From positions 167,719 to 231,718 of the forward strand of contig NZ_PPTR01000004.1 of the NCBI RefSeq assembly GCF_003339845.1: 64,000 nt of DNA, read 5' to 3'. This DNA comes from Gordonibacter sp. 28C (GTDB lineage Bacteria; Actinomycetota; Coriobacteriia; Coriobacteriales; Eggerthellaceae). Shown here in pieces: positions 25,440 to 35,286 of the stretch. The position numbers were made by a program, and so were the translations under genes. The notes under the pieces were generated by a model. It was not told where the DNA came from, searched no databases, and saw only the letters and a program-made list of their open reading frames with translations. The number at the start of each line of letters is the position of its first letter. Position 1 is the first letter of the stretch.

Positions 25440-27951
25440 GCTGCACCTCATGTCATTCGCACCCGTCCCCGACACCAAGACGACCGTGCACGTCGTCGGC
25501 TTGCCCGACAGCCTGCGCGACGCCCTCTTCACGCTCATGCCCCCGAGGAAAGAGGGCGGCTACCTCAACACCAAAGTCCTTAAGGACGACCTGCGCTGCT
25601 GGCTCGACCGGGCCGTCGAGCTGAACCCCGTACGCCCCAACGTGCATACCGACAGCTGGCTTATCGCCCTCGCCCCCATTGATCTCGCGAAGCTATGCAA
25701 CGTCATCGCGGTCTGGATCTCCTCCCGCAAGGACATCGATACCCAATCCCCCGCCTATTGCAAGGTGATGGGGATGCTGCACCCCGAGACGTTCGAAGAG
25801 GCCGTGCATGGCGAAGAGACCTGCCTGTTCAGCGGCGACGGCCGTCCCACGGGCAGGCTCACCTTCCCCGCATTCTCCGCGCAAGTCGCCGACGCCATCG
25901 CCGACATCCCCCTCGAACTCGCCAACGGCATGGTCGAGAACTTCAGCAGAGTCTCACGCGGAAACGGAAACGTCTACGAGCTGATTTCCGATATCCACTG
26001 GCACAAGGAGGACCCGTGGGCGTTCGCCCTCAGATTCCACGTCGAGACGCTGCCGGTCGGCCGCAAGGCAAGGCTCAACATGGATGTTGCCGTCCGCCGC
26101 TTCATCGGCAAGCCATGGCAGGACGACCCGTTCCTCAAACACGATGTCAACGCCTACGTCCGCACGGAAGGCGGCACGCTCCGCGTCGTCCCCTACGGCT
26201 ACGACAAACAGAAGCGCGACTTGGCCTGGGACCCCGCGGCCCTGGCGAACTACGAGTTCGCCAGGGGGACCGGATTGCCCGCAGTCCGCGAGTATCTTGA
26301 GGACATGGGCAGGTACGCCCGCGACGGTTCGCAGCCGCAGATCCTATCCCCCTACGCGATGACCGCCTCCTGGGCATCGAAGCCCTCGGTCGCAAGCGGG
26401 GCATCCGTCATCGACAAGGCCATGTTCTTCGAGGCCGTCGCGGCTCGGCTTAAAGATATCGCGGAGCCCGTCGGTGCGCTCGACTCGCTTCAACTGACCC
26501 ATCTCAAGGCGTCCATAGAGGAGCCCAGGCAGGCGGATTGGGACAAGGACCCCGTCGGCGCACGGGCGAGACAGGAGGCCTGGGGCCGGGCCAACCGCGC
26601 CAGACTCGCCCGCTGCACCGGCAGGGACAGGGCCGTATTCCAGCTGATCGGCAACCAGGACGATGCCCGGCTCCTCGGTATGGCAAGGGCCGAGATCTCC
26701 CGCTTTCTCGGTGGGGAGGGGGCCGTCGACGGCTTCGAGGTCAAGATCGATAACATCCCGGCAAACGACCTCCTGAACCGCATGGAGAATACCGGCGACA
26801 GCCAGGCGAAGATCCGCTGGCGCAAAGTCGCCGCCGCGCTTCCCGAGGCGACCGACCCGACCGCGTGCATAGTGGTCCTGCCGGGCGCCGAGAGCTACAA
26901 GCCCAAGGGCAAAGACGACGGCGGAGACCCCAAGCGCGCCCTGCGCATCGCGTTCGCGAAAACCGGGCGCCTGACCCAATTCATCGAACCCGAGGACTCG
27001 AAGGACGGTCCCGAGATCCGCGCGCGCGTCGCCGTCCGCGACCTCATGCGCCAGCTCGGTTTCGTACCCGAACCGGCACGCAATTCGCGCGGCATCGATA
27101 CCTCGATCCCGGCGATAGGGTTGAAGGTCTACAACTCCGGCAACGGCAAGGCGCGGGCGAGCTTCCCCTATTGCGTCCGACAGGACATGAGAAGCGGTGC
27201 CGTCACCGTGTACTGCCCCCTCCTACCTGACGGAAGCCTACCGTACTGGCGCGCCCTCATCGAGTTCGCCCGGCTGAGCGGTTCCGAGGGCTTTCCGGAC
27301 TCCTGCAAGCGGGCGAACGGAATGGCCCTGAAGAGGATGCTCCACGGCATAGTCCGCGCCACCGGCGACAGGCCGGAACTCCTCCTCGTCAACTCCTACG
27401 GCCGCATCCGCCAGAGAGACTGGTGGCCCGGCATCAGCGACTCCGGCCTCGAGTCGGGACCCTTGAGCTACGGACCGACCGGTTATGAGGAGCCGCTTGA
27501 CCTCGCGGGCAGCAAGCTGCGCATCCTGCGTATACGCTCCGGTCTCAACGGCGAGGTCCCCGACTGGTTCACGGACGAGGTGGCCGCGGGCGGCGCAGAC
27601 GACGGCACCGTGCCGAACAGGCGCGACAAGCAGGGACTCTTCAAGATGGACGGCTACTTCCTCGCGTTGGCCCCGCGACCGGGCGACGCCCAGTACAAAT
27701 GGTCCGCACGCGGATCGAAGTACGATTCGCCCACCGCGGCGTTCTGCGAGAAGACGATCAACGAGTACTGCCTTCTGTCGCCCGGTGGCGAGGCCGAGGC
27801 GCTTGCCAGCGTCAAATACGCCGAGGCCCTGCGCGGCTGCATGGTGCAGCTCTACAAGAACGATATGAGGGTGAACCTTCCCGCCCCGCTCCATCTCGCC
27901 GAGCAGGTCGAGGAGTATATCTGGGACTGGGAGCTCACCGGGAGACGATAG
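25426..27951 (+). CDS. large (841 aa) protein, third gene of operon; candidate pPIWI-RE (prokaryotic PIWI-like) module protein
   Basis: AGGAAAGGAA RBS. Overlaps the helicase 3' end by 14 nt. No nucleotide-binding motifs. Size and position match the pPIWI-RE protein of the REase-DinG-pPIWI_RE operon. The assignment rests on operon architecture, not on motifs read directly. Confidence 0.55.
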   Translation: MSDSKLHLMSFAPVPDTKTTVHVVGLPDSLRDALFTLMPPRKEGGYLNTKVLKDDLRCWLDRAVELNPVRPNVHTDSWLIALAPIDLAKLCNVIAVWISSRKDIDTQSPAYCKVMGMLHPETFEEAVHGEETCLFSGDGRPTGRLTFPAFSAQVADAIADIPLELANGMVENFSRVSRGNGNVYELISDIHWHKEDPWAFALRFHVETLPVGRKARLNMDVAVRRFIGKPWQDDPFLKHDVNAYVRTEGGTLRVVPYGYDKQKRDLAWDPAALANYEFARGTGLPAVREYLEDMGRYARDGSQPQILSPYAMTASWASKPSVASGASVIDKAMFFEAVAARLKDIAEPVGALDSLQLTHLKASIEEPRQADWDKDPVGARARQEAWGRANRARLARCTGRDRAVFQLIGNQDDARLLGMARAEISRFLGGEGAVDGFEVKIDNIPANDLLNRMENTGDSQAKIRWRKVAAALPEATDPTACIVVLPGAESYKPKGKDDGGDPKRALRIAFAKTGRLTQFIEPEDSKDGPEIRARVAVRDLMRQLGFVPEPARNSRGIDTSIPAIGLKVYNSGNGKARASFPYCVRQDMRSGAVTVYCPLLPDGSLPYWRALIEFARLSGSEGFPDSCKRANGMALKRMLHGIVRATGDRPELLLVNSYGRIRQRDWWPGISDSGLESGPLSYGPTGYEEPLDLAGSKLRILRIRSGLNGEVPDWFTDEVAAGGADDGTVPNRRDKQGLFKMDGYFLALAPRPGDAQYKWSARGSKYDSPTAAFCEKTINEYCLLSPGGEAEALASVKYAEALRGCMVQLYKNDMRVNLPAPLHLAEQVEEYIWDWELTGRR

Positions 27952-27975
27952 CGATCCGCCCGCGAAAATGAAATG

Positions 27976-28000
27976 GGGAGGCCGAATCTCCCGGCCTCCC
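27976..28000. terminator. bidirectional terminator between convergent genes
   Basis: GGGAGGCCG-AATCTC-CGGCCTCCC followed by TATTTCC. Lies between the 27951 and 28009 stops. Confidence 0.6.
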
Positions 28001-28008
28001 TATTTCCG

Positions 28009-29859
28009 CTATCCCTGCCGCCAATTCGCCTTGCGGGTCTTTCGACCGGCGGCGGTGGACCCTTTCGCCACTCCCTTCCGCTTCCCAGGACGGGAGCCGG
28101 ACGAATTCGATTGACGACGGGTGGAGCCCAAGTCGAAGCCGGAGTTTTTCGCGATCCGCGCCTCGACCTCGGAACGCCGGATGCCCAGTTCCGATGCGCT
28201 GACGCGATAACCGCCCTCCTTGCGGACGACATAGAGCTCATGTGGGTCGTAGTCCCAATCGAGTACGTACCCGGCAAGGAGCATCTTGGCATCCAGATGG
28301 TCCTTGGACATCGCGCCGGAGAGCGCATCCTTGAGGGCGAAGGTGGCTCGAGTCACGATATCCGCCCGGATCTTCTCCTCGAGGGTTCTAGCCGGCCTTT
28401 CGGTCCCCGGTTCCTGGGTACCTCCCTTGCTGTTCTCCAGGGCGCCTTCCAGGGCGAGAGGCGTGGGGGCGTCGGGGCCCCTGCCGTCCATGAGGTCTCG
28501 GATGTAGGCGCGGACCCGCGACTCGTAGCGGCGCGGGCACTCGATTTGGACCGGCTCCTCCATCCTGTGCTCGAGGGAATCGTAGAACTCCACGACCTCG
28601 CGGCTGGCGATCAGGCGGTTCGGCTCGATCTTGGGGAACACGGTGAGGCCGGCGGCGGAGCGCACGCGGGACAGGCCGACGTACAGCTGGCCCTCGGCGA
28701 AGACCTTCGTGTGGACGCAGCAGGCATCGAACGTCAGGCCCTGCGACTTGTGGATGGTGATGGCGTAGGCGAGCTTGAGCGGGATCTGGGTATAGGTACC
28801 CACGACGGCGGTCTTGACCCTGTTGACGGGCCTGCCCTCCTCGTCCATCTCGACGATGGCCTCGGACTTGTTGATCTCCCATCTATGCCGCTCGATGCTG
28901 ACCTTCTCGTCCGCGCCGTCGAACTTGACCGTCACGGCGTCCGCGGACGCGTCGGTGACGGTGCCCTGCGTGCCGTTGACGTAACCCTCCTGAGGGCTGT
29001 TCACGAGCGACATCACGCGGGCGCCGCGGCACAGGACGATCCTCTCCGGCGCCATCTTGTCGCCGTTTGACACCGTGCCTGTCGCGGCGGCCGCGAACTC
29101 GACCTTCGGGGCGTCGAGCGCGTCGACGTTCTCGCGGTTGATCGAATCGGCGATGCGGTTGTTGGCACACAGCACCAGCGTGTCCTTCGGCAGGTAGGCA
29201 CGGGAGCTCTTCGAGTGCGCGTTGAAGTAATCGAGGCACGACGCGTCGCCGACGCGGGCGCGGTTCAGGTTGTCGATGAAATCGGGGTCGGATTGGCGCA
29301 CGACCGTCTTGAGGACGTGCGGCTCGAAATCGAAGCCGGTCCAGTACCTCGACTTGAAGCACCAGCCCTGGAGGTTTCCGGGATAGAACTTCATCAGCAG
29401 CGCGGAGTCGCGGTCGGTCACGACCGGCGGTAGCTGGAAGAAGTCGCCGACGAGGACCACCTGCTTCGCGCCGTTGCGCGTCATGGACTGGGAGATCATC
29501 CCCATCACGTGGTCGAACAGGTCGATGCGGCACATCGAGATCTCGTCGATGATGATTACCTTCGCGGCGTCGAGCACCTTGCGGGACCCCTTGGGGCCAT
29601 CGGGGGCGCAGACCCCCGGCGCGATTTTCAGCGTGCGGTGGATCGTCGAGCCGTCCGTGAGGTTCAGCGCGGCGATGCCGGTGGGCGCCAGGGCGAGGAA
29701 ATCGACGTTGCGCGCCTTCAGGTCCGATATGAAGGCGTTGAGCACGTAGCTCTTACCCGTGCCGGCGTTGCCCGAGAGAAACACGTTCCTCCCGTCCCTC
29801 AGCGCCCTCAGCGCCTCGGCCTGCTCCGGTGTAAATCGGTCACCGTCTGCCATTTCCAT
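28009..29859 (-). CDS. Pif1/RecD-like superfamily-1 DNA helicase (TraA/RecD2-type)
   Basis: Walker A LSGNAGTGKSYVL, Walker B VIIIDEISM, motif AITIHKSQGLTFD. Basic Ser/Arg/Lys-rich C-terminal tail. Confidence 0.9.
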   Translation of the reverse strand: MEMADGDRFTPEQAEALRALRDGRNVFLSGNAGTGKSYVLNAFISDLKARNVDFLALAPTGIAALNLTDGSTIHRTLKIAPGVCAPDGPKGSRKVLDAAKVIIIDEISMCRIDLFDHVMGMISQSMTRNGAKQVVLVGDFFQLPPVVTDRDSALLMKFYPGNLQGWCFKSRYWTGFDFEPHVLKTVVRQSDPDFIDNLNRARVGDASCLDYFNAHSKSSRAYLPKDTLVLCANNRIADSINRENVDALDAPKVEFAAAATGTVSNGDKMAPERIVLCRGARVMSLVNSPQEGYVNGTQGTVTDASADAVTVKFDGADEKVSIERHRWEINKSEAIVEMDEEGRPVNRVKTAVVGTYTQIPLKLAYAITIHKSQGLTFDACCVHTKVFAEGQLYVGLSRVRSAAGLTVFPKIEPNRLIASREVVEFYDSLEHRMEEPVQIECPRRYESRVRAYIRDLMDGRGPDAPTPLALEGALENSKGGTQEPGTERPARTLEEKIRADIVTRATFALKDALSGAMSKDHLDAKMLLAGYVLDWDYDPHELYVVRKEGGYRVSASELGIRRSEVEARIAKNSGFDLGSTRRQSNSSGSRPGKRKGVAKGSTAAGRKTRKANWRQG

Positions 29860-30164
29860 ATCCCGTCATCCGTTCGACCAGTAACGGGGAATTGATACCC
29901 GCGCAAGCGAAAAAATATACGCTGAACGGGTGTTTCGCAGAAACTATAGGAAGTTTTGGAAGGCGGCGCGGATATGCTTCCGCGCATTTCCCCGCGCGCC
30001 CGTATACCCCGATGCGCAAACGGGTACGATAGCCTCAGAATGATGTGGGTCCCGCGCAGCCGAACGGCTTGTCTTTCCCATGCGGGCATCGCGGATTTCT
30101 TTCATGGGTGGGACTTCGGTCCGAGAACAGGCCGCGATCTCGTAAGGGGTCGCGGCCTGTTCAT

Positions 30165-30300
30165 CTGTGTGTCTATGTCTTTATGCGTGCGCGCATATGT
30201 GCAATGGTGCTGGTGTGTATATATGCGTGTGCGCGTATGTGCCTCGGCGTATGTATGCCGATGTGCGGATATGCATCCGGACAGATGTGCCGGTGATTCA
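30165..30300 (-). promoter_or_regulatory. alternating purine-pyrimidine (TG/CG) tract region related to island promoter module, copy I
   Basis: GTGTGTCTATGTCTTTATGCGTGCGCGCATATGTGC…GTGTGTATATATGCGTGTGCGCGTATGTGC…TATGCCGATGTGCGGATATGCA. Preceded by a 13-bp-stem hairpin at 30121-30158. Confidence 0.4.
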
Positions 30301-30798
30301 TACGGGGAAACCGGCGCCGGTCTCGCATGAGCTCTTCCGCCTCAGCATCGCCCATATCAGCTCGATTGCCGGGGCGACGCGCACCTGCCGGAATTCGGAA
30401 GTGTCGTAGCGCTTCCGCAGGGCGCCGCGGGCGTCTGGCGAGTACACGGCCGCCCCCTTGGGCAGCATCCCTTTGGAAGCCAGCGAGTCGGCGAGCTCGA
30501 GCGGGCACACCAGCCAGTTCTCATCGCCCTCGAACGTTCTGCCGTGGCCGCTCGTGAAATCGTCCATACACGACTTGACCTCGACGAACGTGAAGGTGCC
30601 GGACTCGAGCTCGGCGGCGGTCGCATGGTTCGACGATCGGTCGCGCGGACGATGCGGCCTGTAGGCCACGAAATCGACCCGGCGGGCGTCATCGACCCAG
30701 ACCTCGCTCGCGACCAGGGCGTTCTCGCGGCACAGCCTCGCCCATACCTTCTCGGAAAGCTCGGCGGTCACCTCGCCGCGGTTTCGTTTCCCCTCCAT
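30298..30798 (-). CDS. MmcB-like PD-(D/E)xK nuclease-fold protein
   Basis: Start MEGKRNRGE with an AAGGGGAG RBS. …RRVDFVAYRP…TFTFVEVKSCMDDF… matches the D…E-V-K motif of the MmcB/DUF family. Confidence 0.6.
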   Translation of the reverse strand: MEGKRNRGEVTAELSEKVWARLCRENALVASEVWVDDARRVDFVAYRPHRPRDRSSNHATAAELESGTFTFVEVKSCMDDFTSGHGRTFEGDENWLVCPLELADSLASKGMLPKGAAVYSPDARGALRKRYDTSEFRQVRVAPAIELIWAMLRRKSSCETGAGFPV

Positions 30799-30923
30799 GG
30801 GACACACTCCCCTTCGATGTAAAAGGCCGCCCGACGGTCTGCGCGACGTGCGGGCGGCCCGCGCCGGTACTACTCCTCGGAACCCTCCGGCTTGATGGTC
30901 GACAGGTCCATATGCCTGCGAGC

Positions 30924-31301
30924 CTAGAAGAATATAAGCCAGATCGTACCCAAGAGCAGGGAGACATATCCCACAGCGGTCACGAGGAAGTCTATGAAGG
31001 CGAGGGCCGCGGCAGTATCGACCCGGATGCCACAGGGAGCCAAGTTCGATGCGAACCCATGCAGGGGATACATGGCACAGATGAGGCATATCGATTCGAG
31101 ACCTGCCGCCAACAGGGGATTCACCTCCGCCAGCTCCCTCGGATAGAACAAGCCCATCAGGACGGAATCCGCCACCAGCGCCGCCCAAATCAGGAACACG
31201 CCGACCTTAAATGCCTTGGTGTCCTCGACCCATGCCAGGGGCATCATGCAGCCGAAGAAATCGAGCAGCAAGGCCGAGGCGATCAGCGGGACGACCATCA
31301 C
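30924..31301 (-). CDS. small polytopic membrane protein
   Basis: 125 aa, 4 predicted TM helices. Overlaps the flotillin stop. Confidence 0.6.
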   Translation of the reverse strand: MMVVPLIASALLLDFFGCMMPLAWVEDTKAFKVGVFLIWAALVADSVLMGLFYPRELAEVNPLLAAGLESICLICAMYPLHGFASNLAPCGIRVDTAAALAFIDFLVTAVGYVSLLLGTIWLIFF

Positions 31302-32704
31302 TCCACCGAGTTCTCGGCGGAGTCGGCATCGATATCGGGGTTCGAGATCAGGCCGTTCAGCAGGGACGGCAGGTCGATTCCCGTGCTGTCCTTCAGGCCG
31401 GATGCGACCTGGTCGACAATCGATGTGGTCTCCTTTACGAGTTTTTGCGCGTTGCCCGATCCGTACATCTTGATGGAATCGACGGCAGTGAGGGGCTTCG
31501 CAACCTGCTCGGCTACCTTGGGCATGATGTCGATGTAGCGGTTGGCGAGCAGGTAGGGGTTATCCATGCCGTTGTACGCCTCGGCCTGGGCCTTGATGCT
31601 CGCCGCGACGCCCTCTCCGTGCGCCTTCTCGGCCGCACCCTCGGACTCGCCCTTCAGTCGCGTGGCCTCGGCCTCGGCGGTAGCCTTCGCCTTGATGCCC
31701 TCCGCGTCCTTCTGGGCGGAATACAGTTCGGCATCCGATTCGTTCTGGCGCTCGATACGGGCGGCCTCGGCCTGCTTCGTGCGCTTGTAGAGGTCGGCTT
31801 CCGCCGCCTGCTCGGCGGCATAGCGGTCGGCCTCAGCCTGCTTCTTCACGGTCGCGTTCAGCTCGCGCTCCCTCACGTCCGCCTGGCGCTCGGCGAGCTC
31901 GACCTTCTTGGTCTCCGCGGCGATCTCGGCCTCCTGCTGGGCGATGTAGAGCTCGCGCTGCTTCTCGGCCGTCACGGTGGCCTTCACCATATCGGCCTCG
32001 GCCTTCGCCTTGTCGGCCTGCTTCTTGAGGTCGGCCTGCTTCAAGTCGAGCTGGTTCTGGCGGATGGCGACCTCCTCGGCCGCCTTGATCTGCGCCAGCT
32101 CGGCCTCCTTCTTGATCTCCGCGGCCTGGTCGGCGCCCATGGAGCGGATGATGCCCTGGGAGTCGGAGAAGTCCTGGACGTTGAAGGTGCGCAGCTCGAG
32201 GCCGAGGTTGGCGAGGTCGTCCTTGGAGCCGTCGAAGACCTTGGCATTGAAGCTCTCGCGGTCGCGCATGAGCTCCTTGAGGTCCATCTGGCCGATAACC
32301 TCGCGCATCTTGCCCAGCATGACCTCGGTGACCTGTCGGGTCATCTCCTCCTTGTCCATATTCAAGTAGTTCTTGGAGGCGGTCTCGATCAGCTCGGGGG
32401 TCTGGCCGATCTGGAAGTTCGCCACGGCGCAGGCGTGGATGAGGATTGCGTCCTGCGTCGGGATATCGTTCTCGGTGGTCAGCTGCACCTGTACGGCACC
32501 CAGCGAGAGGGTGTCGACGCGCTGGAGGAGCGGGATCACGAAGGTGCCCTTGCCGGAGACGGAGCGCATCTTGCCGGCGCCGGAGACGATCATGAGCTTA
32601 TCCGGCGGGCATTTGCGCCAGCAGCTCTCGAACACCAGCACGAGAACCATGATACCGACGGCTGCGGGGAGCAGGTTGAAGATCAAAGATTCGAAAAGCA
32701 TCAT
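31298..32704 (-). CDS. flotillin-like SPFH/band-7 protein (YqiK/FloT-like)
   Basis: N-terminal TM, then an SPFH domain and a very long Ala/Glu/Lys-rich coiled-coil (EAEL…KAAEE…). GAAGGGAAGG RBS. Confidence 0.9.
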   Translation of the reverse strand: MMLFESLIFNLLPAAVGIMVLVLVFESCWRKCPPDKLMIVSGAGKMRSVSGKGTFVIPLLQRVDTLSLGAVQVQLTTENDIPTQDAILIHACAVANFQIGQTPELIETASKNYLNMDKEEMTRQVTEVMLGKMREVIGQMDLKELMRDRESFNAKVFDGSKDDLANLGLELRTFNVQDFSDSQGIIRSMGADQAAEIKKEAELAQIKAAEEVAIRQNQLDLKQADLKKQADKAKAEADMVKATVTAEKQRELYIAQQEAEIAAETKKVELAERQADVRERELNATVKKQAEADRYAAEQAAEADLYKRTKQAEAARIERQNESDAELYSAQKDAEGIKAKATAEAEATRLKGESEGAAEKAHGEGVAASIKAQAEAYNGMDNPYLLANRYIDIMPKVAEQVAKPLTAVDSIKMYGSGNAQKLVKETTSIVDQVASGLKDSTGIDLPSLLNGLISNPDIDADSAENSVE

Positions 32705-32827
32705 AGGGTTTCCTTCCCTTCAAGGGTGGCTCGGGCAGAACCGCCCGGTTATAGACAACTTCGTTGGCGGGGACGACGGGGCCGGGCTTACGGCCGCCGC
32801 GATACCGGCTCAGTCCATCCGTCGGGG

Positions 32828-33220
32828 CTAAAGACGGCGGCGATCATGGAGGTCCAGTAATTCGTTTAAGAGGAGAATCATGGCCATCGCGGAAATGAAC
32901 GGCAGGAACATGTAGTAAAACGCGGTTGTTATAATTATGACGTTGAACGTCATCAAGCCCTCGAATGCTTTCATGGTCTTGTCTGTTTCCGTGTCGGAAA
33001 CAGACTCGCCCTGACTGCCTTTCTCCGCGCCCTGCCTGTCCGAGCCGACATCAGACGCGCCTCCGTTTAGGTCGACGTCGACGACGATATGGCTGCCGTC
33101 GTCGGACACCACGGCGGCAGTCGCGTTTTCAGCGTATGCCGGGTGCGCGATACAGCCGAGCGATGCGGCGGCAATGGCCAAGGCGACGAGCGGCCTCGCC
33201 GCTCTTGCGGGTATTCCCAT
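32828..33220 (-). CDS. secreted/membrane-anchored hypothetical protein
   Basis: Start MGIPARAARPLVALAIAAASLGC (signal peptide). C-terminal TM VIIITTAFYYMFLPFISAMAMILLL. Confidence 0.55.
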   Translation of the reverse strand: MGIPARAARPLVALAIAAASLGCIAHPAYAENATAAVVSDDGSHIVVDVDLNGGASDVGSDRQGAEKGSQGESVSDTETDKTMKAFEGLMTFNVIIITTAFYYMFLPFISAMAMILLLNELLDLHDRRRL

Positions 33221-33379
33221 TTCCGTTCTCCATTCCTTCCGAAATATTCCGGGGCGCGCCCTCCCTCGGCGCTGTTCATTTCCCCTTAGGTGGTTATTCC
33301 CCGTATCTGCCGGCTTAGACACCGGATAGGGAAAACCGTTGGAAAACAGGGCGCCCACCAGGATGGGAGCCTGATGGGC

Positions 33380-33500
33380 GCGGATGCGGTCGTGCGTTTA
33401 TGTATACGTGCGTAGGTATGCCGGTGCGTATTTGTGCTGGCGCGCAGGTATGCGGGTATGCAACTGCGTATGTGTGCGGATGTGCGATCGCGGAACCTAC
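33380..33500 (-). promoter_or_regulatory. island promoter-related GC/TG alternating tract, copy G
   Basis: GCGGATGCGGTCGTGCGTTTATGTATACGTGCGTAGGTATGCC…GTATGTGTGCGGATGTGCG, upstream of the 33220 start. Confidence 0.4.
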
Positions 33501-33715
33501 AGGAGCGTGTCGAAACCGGGCCTGCCTAGATTCCGGCGAATGTTGCCGGTCGTGAGCTCGACGTGCTGGCGGCCGTCGGCGCCGAAGACGAGGTTCGTGG
33601 CGCCCGCCGCGGGGACCACCGTCTCCACCTGTCCCGTCGTGAGGTCGTACCGCATGTTGCCGACCTGCTGCTCGATATGCACCGTGCCGTCGGGCTTCAA
33701 GACGTTTCCAATCAT
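33497..33715 (-). CDS. hypothetical small protein (72 aa)
   Basis: Start MIGNVLKPDG with an AAGGGGA RBS. Gly/Thr-rich. The longer ORF-track version runs into promoter repeat H (33725-33805). Confidence 0.5.
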   Translation of the reverse strand: MIGNVLKPDGTVHIEQQVGNMRYDLTTGQVETVVPAAGATNLVFGADGRQHVELTTGNIRRNLGRPGFDTLL

Positions 33716-33836
33716 GGCACGTCCCCTTTTACGCATATATGCGGATGCGGATGTGTGGATATGTGCGGATGCGCGGTTGAGCGTTTGTGTGTGTATGCCA
33801 AAGCGCCTGCGGGCGCATCCGCACCCCCCCATGGTA

Positions 33837-34871
33837 TCAGTGTCGGGGCGCCGAGTCCTTCGAGGCCTCGCGCACCGCGGCGGCGACCTTGCCGGGGGAG
33901 GATTCCTCGGCTGCCGAGGACGCGGCGACCTTCCGGGCGCCGGCGGCGATGGAGGCCGGGGTCCTCTCCGGCTTCACCCAGCCGTAGGCCTCGGCCATCT
34001 CCTCCATGTCGACGATATCCCGATCGAGGCAAACCGGCGAGATCTCGCCGATGTAGACCCGCTCCAAGTCCTCGACGATCGCGTTCTCCGCGAGGAAGTT
34101 GTCGCTCGCCAGGCGCCAGTCGCCGCCGGTCCGCTGGAAGAGGACCGGGTCGGACCCCTCATCGGTGTAGTAGACGAGCGTCGACGCCTTCTGCCCGCCG
34201 GCGGCATCGATATCGTACGAAAACGTCTTCACCTTGAGGTCGGAGATGCGGAAGACGGCATCGCCGACACCCCAGTCCTCGACAATTGCCGCATCCACGG
34301 CATATGTGTCTGCCTGCGACCCCTCGTCCAACCCTCCCATGATGCAGTACCCGTCCACCATGCGGTATGTGCCGAGCGCGTGACGGTCCGGATCGTTGCC
34401 CTGGGCCCGGACGGAGTCCAGGGAGTCCTTCAGGCGGACGGCGGCGGGGTAGGTCGAGCACAGGTAGACCAGGCCGGAATCCGGGACGTCATCGTGGATG
34501 CCGCGATCGAACACGCAGTAGCCCCTTCGCCTCGCGCTGTCCAGGGCGGATTCCAAGGCGCCGAGCGCGGGGGCGGACTCGTCGCCCATGAACTCGTCGG
34601 CGATCGCCGAGACGAGTTCCCCGCGATAGGTGTTCTGCGGCACCTTGCCGCCGAGGGCTTTGCACGAGTCGGCAAAGCGGGCACCGTTTTCGATTTCAGG
34701 GAGAAAAACCGTCAACCCGCCATCTTCATGCCCGAAGTCGATCTCGCGCCCGAGGTCGTCGAGGATTCCCACCGTGACGACTGGAGGATGCACCCCCTCT
34801 ACCGCCCTTGCCGTGACGATACCGCGGTCGAAGGCATCGTTCAACATGATCTCGAGCTCTCGCCTGTCCAT
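33837..34871 (-). CDS. hypothetical protein
   Basis: 344-aa acidic protein-like ORF. No family recognised. Confidence 0.6.
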   Translation of the reverse strand: MDRRELEIMLNDAFDRGIVTARAVEGVHPPVVTVGILDDLGREIDFGHEDGGLTVFLPEIENGARFADSCKALGGKVPQNTYRGELVSAIADEFMGDESAPALGALESALDSARRRGYCVFDRGIHDDVPDSGLVYLCSTYPAAVRLKDSLDSVRAQGNDPDRHALGTYRMVDGYCIMGGLDEGSQADTYAVDAAIVEDWGVGDAVFRISDLKVKTFSYDIDAAGGQKASTLVYYTDEGSDPVLFQRTGGDWRLASDNFLAENAIVEDLERVYIGEISPVCLDRDIVDMEEMAEAYGWVKPERTPASIAAGARKVAASSAAEESSPGKVAAAVREASKDSAPRH

Positions 34872-34941
34872 CTTGAAACTCCATTCCGTTGTCCGGGCAC
34901 ATTCGGCCCATGCGCGTCCTTCCGCAAGATGCTAACGCCGG

Positions 34942-35286
34942 CTAGCGATGGGGCCGGCGCCGCGGGTCGGGGCTTTCCGAACGGGAAGCGACGTCGCGGC
35001 TCTGGGCGCGCAGGCGCCTCGCGATGTCGCTGATCTCGCAGCATGCGTCGAAGCGGTGAGGCATCCCCTCGCCCGCCCAGAGCATCCCGGCGCGATCGGT
35101 CGCGATTCGATCGACGCGGTCGTAGTCCAGCCCCAGCGCATCGCAGATGCCCCTCACCTCGTCATGGACCGGTGCGTACCGACACCGCATGGCCCCCTCG
35201 CCCGAAACCTCGCCGTCGAGCTCGAGGCCATACAGCTCGTCGCCGTAGAGCGCGGCGATGTGCTCCTCGGCCTCGCCGGCGGACAT
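34942..35286 (-). CDS. hypothetical protein (114 aa)
   Basis: Start MSAGEAEEH. Promoter module copy F (35340-35430: GTATGCGCATGCGTAAACGCGTAGATGTGCGG) lies upstream. Confidence 0.5.
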   Translation of the reverse strand: MSAGEAEEHIAALYGDELYGLELDGEVSGEGAMRCRYAPVHDEVRGICDALGLDYDRVDRIATDRAGMLWAGEGMPHRFDACCEISDIARRLRAQSRDVASRSESPDPRRRPHR

